NCBI GenBank assembly: GCA_045837725.1
Contig: JBEWZL010000083.1
Span: 248,001 to 285,953, forward strand
Direction of reading: 5' to 3'
Source of the DNA: Vermamoeba vermiformis
Lineage: Eukaryota
DNA length: 37,953 bases
In this document: positions 15,798-28,678 of the stretch, piece after piece
Numbering within the stretch: position 1 is the stretch's first letter
How the letters are laid out: each line of letters opens with the position of its first letter
Position numbers and translations under genes: made by a program
Notes under the pieces: model-generated
The model's input: only the letters and a program-made list of their open reading frames with translations
What the model was told of the DNA's origin: nothing
Databases searched by the model: none

Positions 15798-17470
15798 ATG
15801 GATGATTTTATGCAACAACGCTTCCTCCGAATCGGCATTATCGGGGCAGGCTTCAACGCTCAATTCCACATCCGATCTTTCGTTAGTGTACGCAATTGTC
15901 TGATTACTGGATTTGTCTCTCGTTCTCAAGGTAAATTTAAAATACTTACTTACTGCCTGCAATAATAATTACAGAAAGATATTTTTAAATAATTTGAAAA
16001 TTAATTTACGATCTGATCTTAGCTTTATAATACGACCCTTTAACAACTCACGTATTAACTAAAATTCAAATTTATCGTTTAGAATCGGTTGATAAATGCA
16101 TTGACCTCGTTAAGAAGTTGTACTTGGGAAATCCAATCCGCTATGAGAGTGTCGAGGCTATGGCAGCAAGCGACAACATTGATGCAATATGGATTAATGC
16201 GCCAAATAACCACAGAGTTGCGATCATCGAAAAAATTATTAAAGGTACATCAGGTTAAAAAAAGCTTTTAGATCGAGGTCGATCTAAGCTCTCTTTTGTA
16301 AGGCAATCGGAAGCGTGCCTCAAAGCTGCTTGGAATTGCGTGCGAAAAACCATTGGCCAGAAATGTGAAAGAAGCCCAAATGATGCTCCAAATGGTCACC
16401 GAAGCTGGCATTCCTACAGGCTATCTAGAGAATCAAGTTTTTGCCCCAACAGTCACGCGTGGCAAAGACCTCATTTGGGCAAGAGCTGCACGCGTCACTG
16501 GACGACCTTATTTAGTGCGTGCTGCTGAAGAACATTCTGGTACACTCTAACAGCGATGTATGTACGACCAGCGGGACTGACAAATTCCTCTCTAGGCCCT
16601 CATTCTCCGTGGTTCTGGCAAGGACATCTTCAAGGCGGAGGTGTATTGAACGACATGATGTGCCATTCAGTCGAAGCTGCGCGCTATTTGTTGACCGATC
16701 CAAACAAGTCGCGCAACTCCTTGAAACCAATTAAAGTTCAAGCAACAATTGCCTCGCTGAAGTGGTCCAAAGAAAAGTATGCTAAAGAACTAACTGAGCT
16801 CAGTCCAGAAATCGATTACGCGAATCATCCGAGCGAAGACTACGCGCACGCGACAATTACCTTTAAAGACGAAGACAACAACACTTTAATCGCCGAGCTG
16901 ACGACCTCGTGGAGCTTTGTTGGCGCAGGACTTCGCTTGAGTTTTGAAATGCTCGGTCCAGAGTACTCAATGAAAGCCAATACTCTCAATTCAGGTTTGG
17001 ATGTATTTTTGTCTCGTCGCATCCAGTCCAGTCAAGGCGAAGATATGGTTGAGAAACAAAATGCCGAGCAAGGATTGATGCCTGTGGTGCCTGACGAAGA
17101 GTCAGCGTACGGCTATACTAACGAGAACAGGTAAATTAATCAATACTCATCGGATTTTATGCGTACTGAAAATCAGTATATTTTACTATCACAAAAATAT
17201 TTTGATTACCGTGCACGAGAGATTGACGAATTTACTCGGAATTTACCGCCGTACACAAATCTTTTTACTCATTGTTTCGTTAGACACATGGTAGAAAGCT
17301 TCCTCCTCGGGCAAAAACCGCTCCTAACATTTGAAGACGGTGTTGAGGTCGTGAAGCTCCTCATGGCTTGTTACTATTCGGCGCAAGAAGAGCGCACCAT
17401 CAACTTCGATGAAGCTGGCTTGGAGGAGTTCATTCCTGACGTCGCAAAAGGCACATGGAAGCCACTGTAA
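15798..17470 (+). CDS. Gfo/Idh/MocA family NAD(P)-dependent oxidoreductase
   Basis: Rossmann motif RIGIIGAGFNAQFH, CEKPLA, and GGGVLNDMMCH. Five exons. Confidence 0.9.
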
Positions 17471-17659
17471 TATTATTGCAGTGATTTGATGCAAGATCTT
17501 TTTTGAAATGTTGATAATTTACTAAATCGGTACCGATTGATTTTTGACATTAAGATCCGACAGCACCAATTTATTGTTAGAGCGCACGAAAGATAGCCAA
17601 GCTAACATGCAAACATATCTACATTTTATTTATTTGACAAGAAAGCAAGTCCACTGAAT

Positions 17660-18097
17660 CTAGAACAGATTTGCTACAGCGATCAAAGCAACAGTTGCGA
17701 AACTAGCGGTAACAATCTGAGTAGCGTCGCTAGTGCAGTTAAAAGAAAAGGTGATCGAGCACTGATTTGGGAAAGTTGTGGAGCACAAGTCGGCAGTGCA
17801 TGCGTCACAAGATTCGGCTTCGGCTTCACCAATTTCAGCCAGGGTACCATTGGCTCCAGCACCGCACAAGCAAGAACACTCCACATGCGAGTGACCGCCG
17901 TGAGCAGAGACCGAAGTCTGAAAAACTTGTCAATTACGCAGATTCGCGTTAAGTTTGTTAATCAATGTAATTAAATCGACATAATTAAATAGTTACTGCG
18001 TCGTTAAAACATTTGTATACTGAGGCGGAATCCGAATTCTTACCATGACTACGGACAAGGCAAATAGGGCTACAAGCAATATCAAAATACCGCGCAT
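17660..18097 (-). CDS. Small secreted Cys-rich, probably GPI-anchored protein (~100 aa, 2 exons)
   Basis: Exon 1 MRGILILLVALFALSVVM|GTAAG. Exon 2 in phase 0 reads TSVSAHGGHSHVECSCLC...; seven Cys and a hydrophobic C-terminal tail. Confidence 0.7.
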
Positions 18098-18411
18098 TGT
18101 TAATTGTAATTACTGTCGAAGTGTGGCTGCAGAGTTTGCAAGATATGAATAAATAAAACGGTTAGTTGTGCAAAATCTTTTTTGACAGCTATTCCACTCG
18201 TAATTCCTAATACATTATTTTACTTGTATGGAAGTAAATTCATTTCGTAGAATGCAATTATACGGGCTTTTAGTAGTTATTTGATGCAGAGATAGATTGA
18301 TTTGATGCAATTAATGTTGTGATCCGCTGCGCGTGCTCCGAAATTTGGTATCCATGGACACCCCATACCAATGTTGTATTTTGGATTTATATTCATACCC
18401 TTATACCAACG

Positions 18412-19793
18412 TTATGTTTTAAATGGTATAGCTTTTAGAAATTCCTTCACCTCGTCGATAGTTCCGATAGATCTGGTAAAAGTATTTTTTAGTGGATTTG
18501 TTTTTATGAAAACCCTGTTGATACTTGCATTCCTACGGAATTTTTAGCCAAGTGATGTTGCTTGACAAGATTTGTCAACGTTTTCTTGGGACCAAGCTCG
18601 AGATACAACGGTCTTACTGCGCCAAAAGATTGTTCGACAGTCGTCACTACATCCTTCCAGCGCACAGTTGAACTTGTTTGGCGCGTCAAAAGCTCTTTGA
18701 TTTCGCTAGTTCCCGTGACCTAATATTGTTATTAACAAGTAAATTCGAATAAAGTAACCTTACTGGCTGGGCAGTGACGTTAGAGATCCAGGGTACGCTC
18801 GGGCTCTTGAGCTGAATACCGTCGAGAGTGTTAAGTACCACTTCCTCAGCGGGCTTCATTAGGTGCGAGTGGAAGGGCGCACTGACATTTAGTTTGACTG
18901 CACGACGCACGCCGAACTCTTTCTTGGCGATCTCAATGGCTTTGTCGACCACATCCTCGTGTCCACTGATCACGATTTGATTCTCGTTGTTATCGTTTGC
19001 CAAGTCACACACGCGCATTGGATCGAAGTGCTTCAATGCACGCTTCTTAATTTCCTCAAAATCGCTGGCCCCCACTTGCAACAACGCTGCCATTGCAGTA
19101 CGACCCTCGGTGGACTGTGCGGCCTGTTGCATGGCTTGGCCGCGCTTCCTCTGATTAGCAATTGGTTAATCTAGTGTTATGGGCCAATAATATATTCTAA
19201 GGCACGTACTGCTAATCGGACAGCGTCTACGAGCGTCATCGATCCAGCTGCGGTCAATGCAGAAATCTCACCAACAGAATGTCCAACGACAAATTTGGCA
19301 CGGGAAGTCAATGTAATACTCAGCTCTTTCTTAAATAGATGGGTCAGTATAAGACAAGCAAATGGAGGCATTTTGGATGTACCTCAAGCAGACGAAGCAC
19401 TGCAATGGAGTGTGCAATAATTGCAGGCTGGGCGTTATATGTTTCTGTAAGATCGCTTTCAGGTCCTTCGAGCATAACTTGCGACAATTTGAATTGAAGA
19501 GCGTGATCGACCTCATCGAGTGTGTCACGCACTATTTTGTAGCTCAGAATATCCTTAGTCATGCCTGCATATTGACTCCCTTGGCCAGGGAACATAAGGA
19601 CAATATTTTTTGAAGCTAACTCAGTTCCTAGCGAGCAATTAATTGGATTGGAATGAAAATCCGAAAAACAATTTTAAAAAATAAATTACCTTCAGTGCTG
19701 CTCGTTGAAAATGATTTACGACAATTATTTTTGCTTTGAACAATTGTCCTTTCCTTTGAGTAAGCAATTAGTCCCTCTGACAATTCGCCACAT
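18412..19793 (-). CDS. MCAT: Malonyl-CoA:ACP transacylase (mitochondrial FAS II)
   Basis: FPGQGSQ, AQPAI, catalytic GHSVGE, ANDN...QIVISG, VSAPFHS and ELGP motifs. The start codon and targeting-peptide exon are uncertain. Confidence 0.9.
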
Positions 19794-20021
19794 CCCTTCC
19801 GCGCGGTTCCCGAGCAGTAACAATACAAGTGTGATTGCTTGTGGCACCACAATTAGGATTTGGTTTGGTGGGAACTCGGAGAGTTTGAATGGGTAAATAA
19901 ATTATGTCCGTAACGCAAGATATTTTTGAATTCCGACTGAATTAAAGCACCACACAAGGTGTAATTGTAATTTAATGTATTTGTAATATATAGCCTTATA
20001 TCATATTTATTGGTTTGGTAA

Positions 20022-23000
20022 ATGGAGCAGTCAGTGCAGATTAAGCTCCAGTCCAAATACGAAGTTCAAATTGGTTTAACGACCAAACTTAGCGATGATA
20101 GCTTGACGGTAAGCAACGAGTATAATGCATATTCAATAAAGCATAATATTTATTAAAGTCGACTTTATCGGCAGTATTTTAAATTTCAAGTTTCATCCGG
20201 CGGCGAGACATGGCACATCAACTGCGGAATAGCGGATTTTGTAGAGTTACACGAGCAGGTAACATACTATTCAATTCCGTCAATATTCGAAATTCTCTAA
20301 TTTACGATCCAGATGCTCAAAAATTTTCCACGCCTTGCTCAATCATTTGACTTTATTAAGAAGAAGTTCTCGTCAAAACACTTCGAGGCAAGTAATTTAC
20401 ACGTGTAAATCTTAGTATTTACCCCAAATTGCAGAAGTTGCGCGAAGAACAGCTGGAGATGTACTTTCAAACTATTGCCAGTGACGCGGAATTAATCGCA
20501 CACCCAATCGTGAAGAACTTCTTGCGTATATTTGATGCATCAACGCCGGTATTATCTTTAACAAGTACGACATAAGCTCACATTTTATTCTTTTTACGGA
20601 TCTAATATTTCCGTAGTCCTCCGTGCCGACCATTTATCAGACAAAGAAAAAGGTAATAAAAATACACTAGACATTCAATTAATATTATGCTCACGATTAT
20701 CTCACTACAGGTGCGCTGCGCGGATACTGCGAAGTGTTTTTGTCGGACAGGGAAGGGCGCGAGGCTCTCGGCAAGACTGATTACACGCGCATCATCGAGA
20801 ACTCGTCCAGAGCTAAATGGAAGAACGAACAGTTCAAATTGTAAGTGCATTTGATCACCTTGATTCAATATCAGTTTGAGTCTCATTTAACAATTCGCTT
20901 CATAGTTTGCTCGTGCCGGAGGCTCATAGTATCAATATAATATTCTGGGAAAAGGCGGGATATCAAGGCTTTTCATTTGTCAGAAAGAGAGTACGTGCAA
21001 CGAGCCCTCTTTAATTGGTAAAAATCAAGACTGACCAATATGACAGGGCTCTATTTCCATTCCACTGTCCACGATTCCAAAGAATAAATCGACCTCGCAC
21101 TGGTTCCCTATTGAAGATATTTCAGGCAAGGGCAAAACTTCATGCGGCGAGATCAAATTGGAGTTGAATTTACAGGTTAGGGTTTACTTCATTGATGCCA
21201 TGAGTCTAACTAATACCTTGTTATAGGCACCTAAAGACTGGGATGGGCCTAGCAGTGAGGAATATAAGCACGTGTCGCTTTATCACGATATTAATTCTCA
21301 GAACGTCGAGGCATTCAAAGAACAACAGGTGCTGCGACGCGAGATCCGTGAAATCACAGAGAAATTGCAGCGGATAACGGATTTGAAGCTAAAGTAAGCC
21401 TATTTGACGCTAATTTAGTATAATCTAATCGTTGCAGGTTGAAATATCGGGCTCCCAAAGGTCAATGGTCGGGCTGTTTGTTCGTGACACGTAAGTCGCT
21501 CAGAAACATAATTGACAAGTGATTAACGCGCCTCCAACTAGTAATCGAAGCCAGTGATATTGCTTATCGTGAAGTGGGTCCAATTAATCCATTGTAAGGC
21601 AACAAGTACCGCGAAGTCTAAGTCATGCAGAGCTAACAATTCCATTCCAGTTTTGTCTTGACGTTGTTGGGTGAGAGCAAGAAAACACAGCCAAAGTTCA
21701 ACACACCAGCGCCGTCATTCAATCAAGTGTTTCAATTCATCGTGCCGCACTCCGTGCCGTTCAACGCGTTGAGATTGCACGTGGCACTTTGGCAGAAAAG
21801 TGATTTAAGTACGTACCGTTTCACCCATCTAATGTTGGCCTAACTTTGTAACTTTGTAATAACAGCACGACAAGCATTGTTGGCCAGTGCTCACATTCCG
21901 CTCGTGGATTACTTGTTGAACGTGCACAAATCGACCACCATTTCAATCGGCTTGTGTGCGCCTGCACCCAGTAAGTGTGCGATAATAAATCATTAGAAGG
22001 TAGCAGCTAATGTTGTATCATAGTTGAAATGTTGACCACGCAACAGAAAGGTCTGCAAATGAAAGCGATGGGCTACAAACCTAAGTACCCAATTCTCGCT
22101 ATTCCTGGTAGGTTTTCGTTGGATCTATAATTGCCTTTGCTAAACAATCAATAGGCCTTGTTGCCTCTGCATTAGTCGTTGAAGAAGGCAAGAAAGAATG
22201 GACCGGTGAGCGCGTGTGGATCTCGCTCGAAAAGCTTGGCAAACACAAAGTGAAGTTGATGCAACTCGGCAGTCGTGACTCGTTCAGAGAACTTGAAAAG
22301 AACGTCAACGAGAAGATGGTCTCGCCAGTAGTGAAGAGAATTTCATCGCTGTTTGAAAGCGACAAAAGCAAGAGTGCGGAAGAAGTCAAAGTCGAGGAAG
22401 TTGAAATCAAACCCAAGCCTGATCCGTTCTTAGAGGTAAGTGCGGAGTGGCGTTGATACTGAGACTGACTCGTATTGTGCAGCAACAATGGATTCAACAC
22501 ATGAGTTTGGCTGAAGACGGCTATTCGGATCCACCAGGCATTCGTGTGCGCCCACTCAAGGGTCGTGATGGCGTGTCATTCCTGCTTGACGATTCAATTC
22601 CAAGCTTCATCAGAAAGGCCACGTACGTCATGGGTCCCACGATGTCCAACCTCGCCGCCATTGGATACACGGATGACAACTTGGTGGCATTCCCGTACGA
22701 CTGGCGGTTGCCACTACCGCATTTGGAAACGCGCGATAGAGTGTTTACTGAATTGAGAGCCACAATTGAACGGATGGTCAAAAAGAACAATTCGAAGATC
22801 ATAATTTTAGCGCACAGCATGGGCAACAGGACTATTCACTACTTCTTGAACATGGTGGCAGCGGAAGAGGGAGGACGGCAGTGGATCGATGACCACATTC
22901 ACAGTCTCTTTGCTGTAGCCGCACCATGGCTCGGAGCACCTAAAATGGCGCGTGGCATGATCTCCGGAGAGCGCATGGGCTTGGACATGTTTTTGCGCAG

Positions 23001-24677
23001 TCGTCAAGCCGTCGAGATTGTCAAAACACATGGCGCATTCCCTTCATTGCTGCCTATTGGTCTGCGGCACTGGTTTGACGACAGAACGAAACGATTTATG
23101 TACTTTGACATGGGCACACCGATCACTGAAGAGGAGTACGAGGACGAGTCGGACAGTGACAGCGAGACGGAAGAAAAAGAAATGAGTTTCAAAAAGAATT
23201 TCATTCTCAATTTGTTCAAGCGCGTCAAGACTCCGCATCCAGTGGAAAATAACGAACAGAATTCCAAGGTGTCGTTCGTGAATGTGACCGAGTTCAATGA
23301 CGACGATAACAAAAAATCATCGCGCAAACGACGAGTGAAGCGTAGCAACAGTGCCAAGGACAGCAATGAAAACTCAGTTAAGAAGCGACGACGAGGCAGT
23401 GCTGGCGGCTACGACAGTGAGAAAGAGATCAAATCACCAATCACGAGCGACAACGAGATCAATCCGCTGAGCAGTCCTGACAACAGTGCACCCTCGAGTC
23501 CGCGCAGATCTCGACGCAAGATCTCCCGTTCAGGATCTTACGGCGAGAAACACAACGCACTCAGTGACAATGATGACGGCGATGAGATTGTGCCGCAAAG
23601 CTCTGATCGCAAATCATCGCGAGCGAAGAGATCAGCACGCAAGTCATCGACGAGCACAAGTGGATCTTACGCTATTCCGAGCAACACTAACAGCACTAAC
23701 AACAACAATAATAATACGAATGTCACAGATCAGAGTGACAGCTCGGGCAATGCATCAGAACAGCCCGAGTCAGCACGCATCAGGACCTTGCAGTTCAAAA
23801 CTGAACTCAAGAAGACGCGCACGACAAGTGATGCGTCGAAGAGACCACTGGCCTTATCGAACAGCAACGTGAATGTACCTAGCGTCAGCGAGGAGGAAGT
23901 GGCGGAGAACGACGACAAGCACTTCCATCACACGGAAGAGCCCATCTTGATCATCAACAAGCCTGGCACGAACAAACCTATCTCACAGTATCAGGGTGTG
24001 TCGATTAAGAAGGCACTGCTCACAGCTGGATTCGAGGTAAGTTCATTGTAGCAACAGATCGAGTACCGAATTCTAACTGTCACAAACAGCGCCAATACAA
24101 TCACTTGGAAGAGCGAAGGAAAGACAAGTACTTTGGTGGCCACGGAGAAGTGCCGAGTGCCATTCTAGAGCCACCTCCTGTCAACAAGATATTTGCCGTT
24201 TATGGTAAAGGAATATAAGCTTGTAACTCGTGGCTAATTATTATTGTTCAGGTGTTAATGTTGACACGGAAAAGGTTTATTTTTACCGCAAGGACACACA
24301 AAAGAACCGTTATGTGCTCGACAAGCGCATCAACGGTGTGTTGGACGAATATCCCGGATACGTCTTCATCAAGGTACGAATCTCCCTTCGCAATTACAAC
24401 CCAGTAACGAATTGTTTAGGGCGTTGGCTGGGAAACAGAAGACACGCCGCAAAAAGTGATTGAACAGCGCACGGGATTCATTGGCACGAGGTCAGGTGAT
24501 GGCACGGTGCCGTATGAAAGTCTGTCGTACATTCACAATTGGCGCGGCAAGGTCAAAGATTTAAGTATCATTGAGCTGCCTAAAGCGGAGCATCGAGCTA
24601 TTGTTTGCACGTCAAATTTCTTCGAGATTTTGGTGGACTACGTCTGCGAGAAGACTAACGGCGACAAAGAAAAATAA
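20022..24677 (+). CDS. PX-C2-C2-LCAT/PDAT family acyltransferase (phospholipid:diacylglycerol acyltransferase-like)
   Basis: Spliced N-terminus with PX-like FVELHEQ...LREEQLEMYFQTI...HPIVKNFL and two C2-like segments (GYCEVFL...WKNEQF; LIEASDI...KTQPK...PSFNQVFQF). LCAT motifs follow: PILAIPG, PYDWRL, AHSMG, GDGTVPYESL and EH. Confidence 0.8.
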
Positions 24678-25140
24678 ATCCGTCGAAGAAAGGGATTTAA
24701 ATACAAAAAGAACGGTTATTTGAAACAAATTGATTTAAGCTTACTTCTCAATTATCGGCGCGCATGCAATCGACTCTTTTGTGGGGAAAAATAAATAATT
24801 AATAAGAAAAATAAATCTACGTAATTTGACTGAATGAACATTCGCGACATATGTTCAAATGTATGCGCATACTAATTAATGTTGCCATTGAATTTGCGCT
24901 TGTAAATCAGCAACCATACTCCGCATCTTGAATAATTTCTTTGTTCGTCTTGAATTTTAGCTGCAACGCTGTCAACCAATTCATTTGTCCGCTAGTTTTC
25001 CTTGCAGTTGTTTCTCCCTTTTGGGCCTGATCCGTTTGATGTTTAATTGTGTCGATCACAAAAAAACATTTCTGTTTTTGTTCGAGCTGAATTCACCACA
25101 ACGCAATGAAATAATTTACTTTCGCTGCGAGCAGTACGTA

Positions 25141-27254
25141 ATGTTGATATTAGTAATAATTGCTAGCTTGCCGATTTTGTATTTTCTCGTTCCGAAATTA
25201 CTTATTCGCTTGGTAGGTAACCAAATGCTGCAAGATTATAGATTACAATTTACCCTTTGTCAAAAAATTTGATACGGATAATAATTTTGATACGGGTACT
25301 TCCCGTGTTGCGATTATTAAAGTTTCGTTAATTTTTAAATATTTCAGCTTCTCGCTCTTGAACCAGAATGGAAGAAGAAGATACCAGGTAATTTTGAATG
25401 CCATCGATTTTGTTTACTAATACCGTGATAGGTCCATATCCCTCTAGTTTTCTTACGGGCGCATTATCGGATCTCAAAACTATTTACGAAGTTCCTGGTC
25501 GTCCAATGATCGGATTTGACCGTGTGCGTGAAAAGTACGGCGATTTTGTTTTGCTGCGAGGAGGTTTAGTGATTCCCGATATTTTGTTAATGTCCGACCC
25601 CGCTGTAAGTGTGCAATTCCAGATAATCCAAATCGCTCATCAAAACTTGTAGTACGTTACGGAAGCCCTTGCTTCGAAGTACAAAGGAAAAACGTACGAT
25701 GCGCTTCGGATTATAAATGAGAACGATTTGCTGACTTCGGATGGTGAGTTCACGCTCAGCGAGGAATATTCAGCGTTTCTGATGTGGTCGTTAGGGCCGT
25801 ATTGGCATCGTCAGCGCAAGCTCATGAACCCAATGTTCAGCACTACTGCGATCAAAGAGATGTATCACGTGATGTTAGACGAATTGAAGCAGCTGACTGC
25901 CTATTTCGATCAACAAGATTTGACAAAATCCATTAATATGACTAATGTGTTGCAGAAAGTCACTCTCGTAAGTGAAGTGTTTAATGCACCAATACATGAC
26001 CGAGCTGCTAATATACAATAATGTTCAGGACGTGTTGACATCAGCTGCTTTTGGAGTGAATTATGGAGCTCTTCATGGTGCCAACAAAGAAGCAATTGAT
26101 GCCATGTCAAAGTTGCTTCACGAAGTTGAATTGAGAACGGTGGATCCAATTGGTCATCGACTAAACCCGGTTGCTTCATGGAGATTGTCGCAAGCCAGGT
26201 AGGAAACAAGTTGTGCTTTAACGACTGACGTGTTATTAGGAAACAAGTCCGTGCTCTTGCTAAGAAATGCTTGGATGACCGCAAGAGTGATGCCAAAGCA
26301 TTGAAAAGCCGCAAAGATTTGTTGAACATGATGATCACTGCGGAAGACCCAGAGAATGGACAAAAGATGTCTGAGGATGAAATTATCAGTGAGAATGTAA
26401 TATTCTTAGTGGCAGGACATGACACCACTGCACACTGTAAGTTTTTGTATCTTTTGCATGGTTCTAATTGCCACTTTTTTAGCAATGACTTGGTTCTTTT
26501 ATCACACTGCTTTGTACCCTGCATGGCAAACCAAAATACAACAAGAAGTTGATCAGGTATGCAATTTTTGATTCTTTCAAACAGTTTGTTAATTCTTATA
26601 GATTCTTCATAACAAAGAATATCCTGCCTATGATGACCTATCTCAAATGATAGTTCTTGATATGGTTATCAAGGAAAGCATGAGAATGACTCCAGTCACT
26701 CCAAGTGGTTCAGGTTTGTGATGTTTTTGTTGTTGCTTTGCAAAATCTAAGTGATATAACTGAACTAGCTCGTGAACTCACAGAAGATGTTAAATTGGGC
26801 AATTACTTTGTTGGCAAGGGAACAGCTGTAATGGTTTCTATTCATCTGATGCATCACAATTCAAAGTTTTGGAAGAAGGTTGGTAGTTTATAAGCTATGC
26901 ATGTATCTAACATGCTTTTAGCCTGAAGAGTTCAACCCTGAAAGATTTTCAGATAATCAATCTCATTTCCCCAATCTGATGCCTTTTAGTGCTGGCCCAA
27001 GAAATTGTAAGTCAAATCCTGTGGTTTTGCACTAATCACTAGAAGGTATTGGACAAACATTTGCAAAGGTTGAAATGAGAGCAGTAATGAGTACTATGGC
27101 AAAATACTATCATTGGAAGCAAGATTTAGAAGTGCCAGTGATTCCCATTTGGGCAGTGTCTCAAAAACCCAAGTAAGTTTAACCAAAAATGTTTTGAAAA
27201 AATATTAATTCCAATAGGAATGGCTTATACCTATACCTTTCTAAAAGAACCTAA
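25141..27254 (+). CDS. Cytochrome P450 (clan 3/4-like), about a dozen exons
   Basis: N-terminal TM anchor, WxxxR (WHRQR), I-helix AGHDTT, ExxR (ESMR), PERF, and haem motif FSAGPRNC-IG split by an intron. Confidence 0.93.
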
Positions 27255-27881
27255 AATTGTGCTCAATGTTTAAAATGACAAGGTCCAGTAGACAATATGT
27301 ATTGATTTTGAATAAATATTCCTTTCAGTGTAACTGTTGATCTAGAGAAAAGTATTGGATGCTGAAGGAGAACAAGAGAACACAACTCAATAAGTATTTA
27401 TTCTAATAAATACTGAGCCTCTGAATAAGATTAAAACTGTGGCATGGATGACATGTATGTGCGTTAGAACCGAAAATTGTGCCACCGAATGATGAACCAC
27501 AAGAACAGTAAACCTGCAGTCTGTACGACAATAGGCACTCGACAAGCGGCTTGCTAAAGTTTCCCAGCAACAAAAGTGACCCGAAGACCTTCGTTAAATT
27601 ATTTATCATTAACAGCATGGTCGCCTGTTACAATTACAAATACAAATCCGAACTCAAAAAATCTAATCTCAGTCTGAGTAAATTCAAAAAAGTACAGACG
27701 GATCACAAATAATTACAAAACAATGTATAAACACCCTGTCAAATAAAAGACCAAACACACCCTCTAAGGAAGAAAGAACCTCCAAAACCAACTACTCTAG
27801 ATCAATAATAATGTCAGCCAAAACAAATGATGAAACAAATACAATGGAAGCAAACCACCTCCCCTCCCACCAGTCACAACA

Positions 27882-27900
27882 ATGGCAGTGGCACTGCCAT
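27882..27900. repeat. Perfect 19-bp palindrome ATGGCAGTG-G-CACTGCCAT
   Basis: Read directly: 9-bp arms around one central base. Confidence 0.9.
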
Positions 27901-28002
27901 CAAATTATTTATATAGGGTCTAGGGTTATATATCACATTGGGGTTAGCATTTTACAGTTTTTTTGTAGCCAAGGGTGAATTTTTTTATGCCTTGGCAACT
28001 TC

Positions 28003-28195
28003 ACACCCATCCGCACAGCATGGACACCCGTCCGAACAGCAGGGACACCTGTCCACACAGCATGGACGCCCGTCCGAACAGCAGGGACACCTGTCCACAC
28101 GGCATGGACACCCATCCGCACAGCAGGGACACCTGTCCACACAGCACAGACACCCATCTGCACAGCACGGATGCCTGTCCGCACAGCAGGGACAC
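28003..28195. repeat. Tandem array of 9 x 21-bp units with internal palindrome GGAC(A/G)-CC-(T/C)GTCC
   Basis: Units such as ACACCTGTCCACACAGCATGG and ACGCCCGTCCGAACAGCAGGG repeat at an exact 21-bp period. Confidence 0.95.
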
Positions 28196-28370
28196 TATAG
28201 TAGGCTTCTGGGTTATAACAACCCACAGGTTATAGAGTTTAAAGAGGCTTTAAACTCATTTTTTGTTGAACTTACTAAGTCCAATGGCCAACGCATTATA
28301 TATAGTCTTAGGAGTAGGCTGGCTTAGGTTTATAGGCTTTTGGCATTAAATGATACGTTTGCCGCGGAAA

Positions 28371-28678
28371 GTGTATACAAAATAAAAAAGTATATACAAA
28401 GTTTAAAGTTTTATTGCTAATGGTTCCATATCTGCTTTTTGGAAAGCATTAGAAGGAAATTCCTACTAATATACTTGTATTGTGTTGTTCTTCAGCCTAC
28501 AAGTTGTTGGCAGGTCTTCGTAAGGATCATGGGAATGTGTATACATAAACCATAATGTGTATATAAAAGGGCGCCTGGGTCATTATGACTTGGGAAGTAT
28601 ATTTTCTTCAATATTTAAGCATATATTAGACGAACAAAATGTTTTTGTGTATATATTGCACTGATTGTGTATACAAAA
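28371..28678. repeat. Six GTGTATACA-like motifs arranged as three pairs
   Basis: Copies at 28371/28390, 28537/28557 and 28647/28667 (spacing 19, 20, 20 bp). Confidence 0.7.

Noticed and set aside
27914-27928. Telomere-like TAGGGTCTAGGGTTA
   Set aside because: Only two imperfect units; insufficient to call a telomeric or interstitial telomeric repeat.
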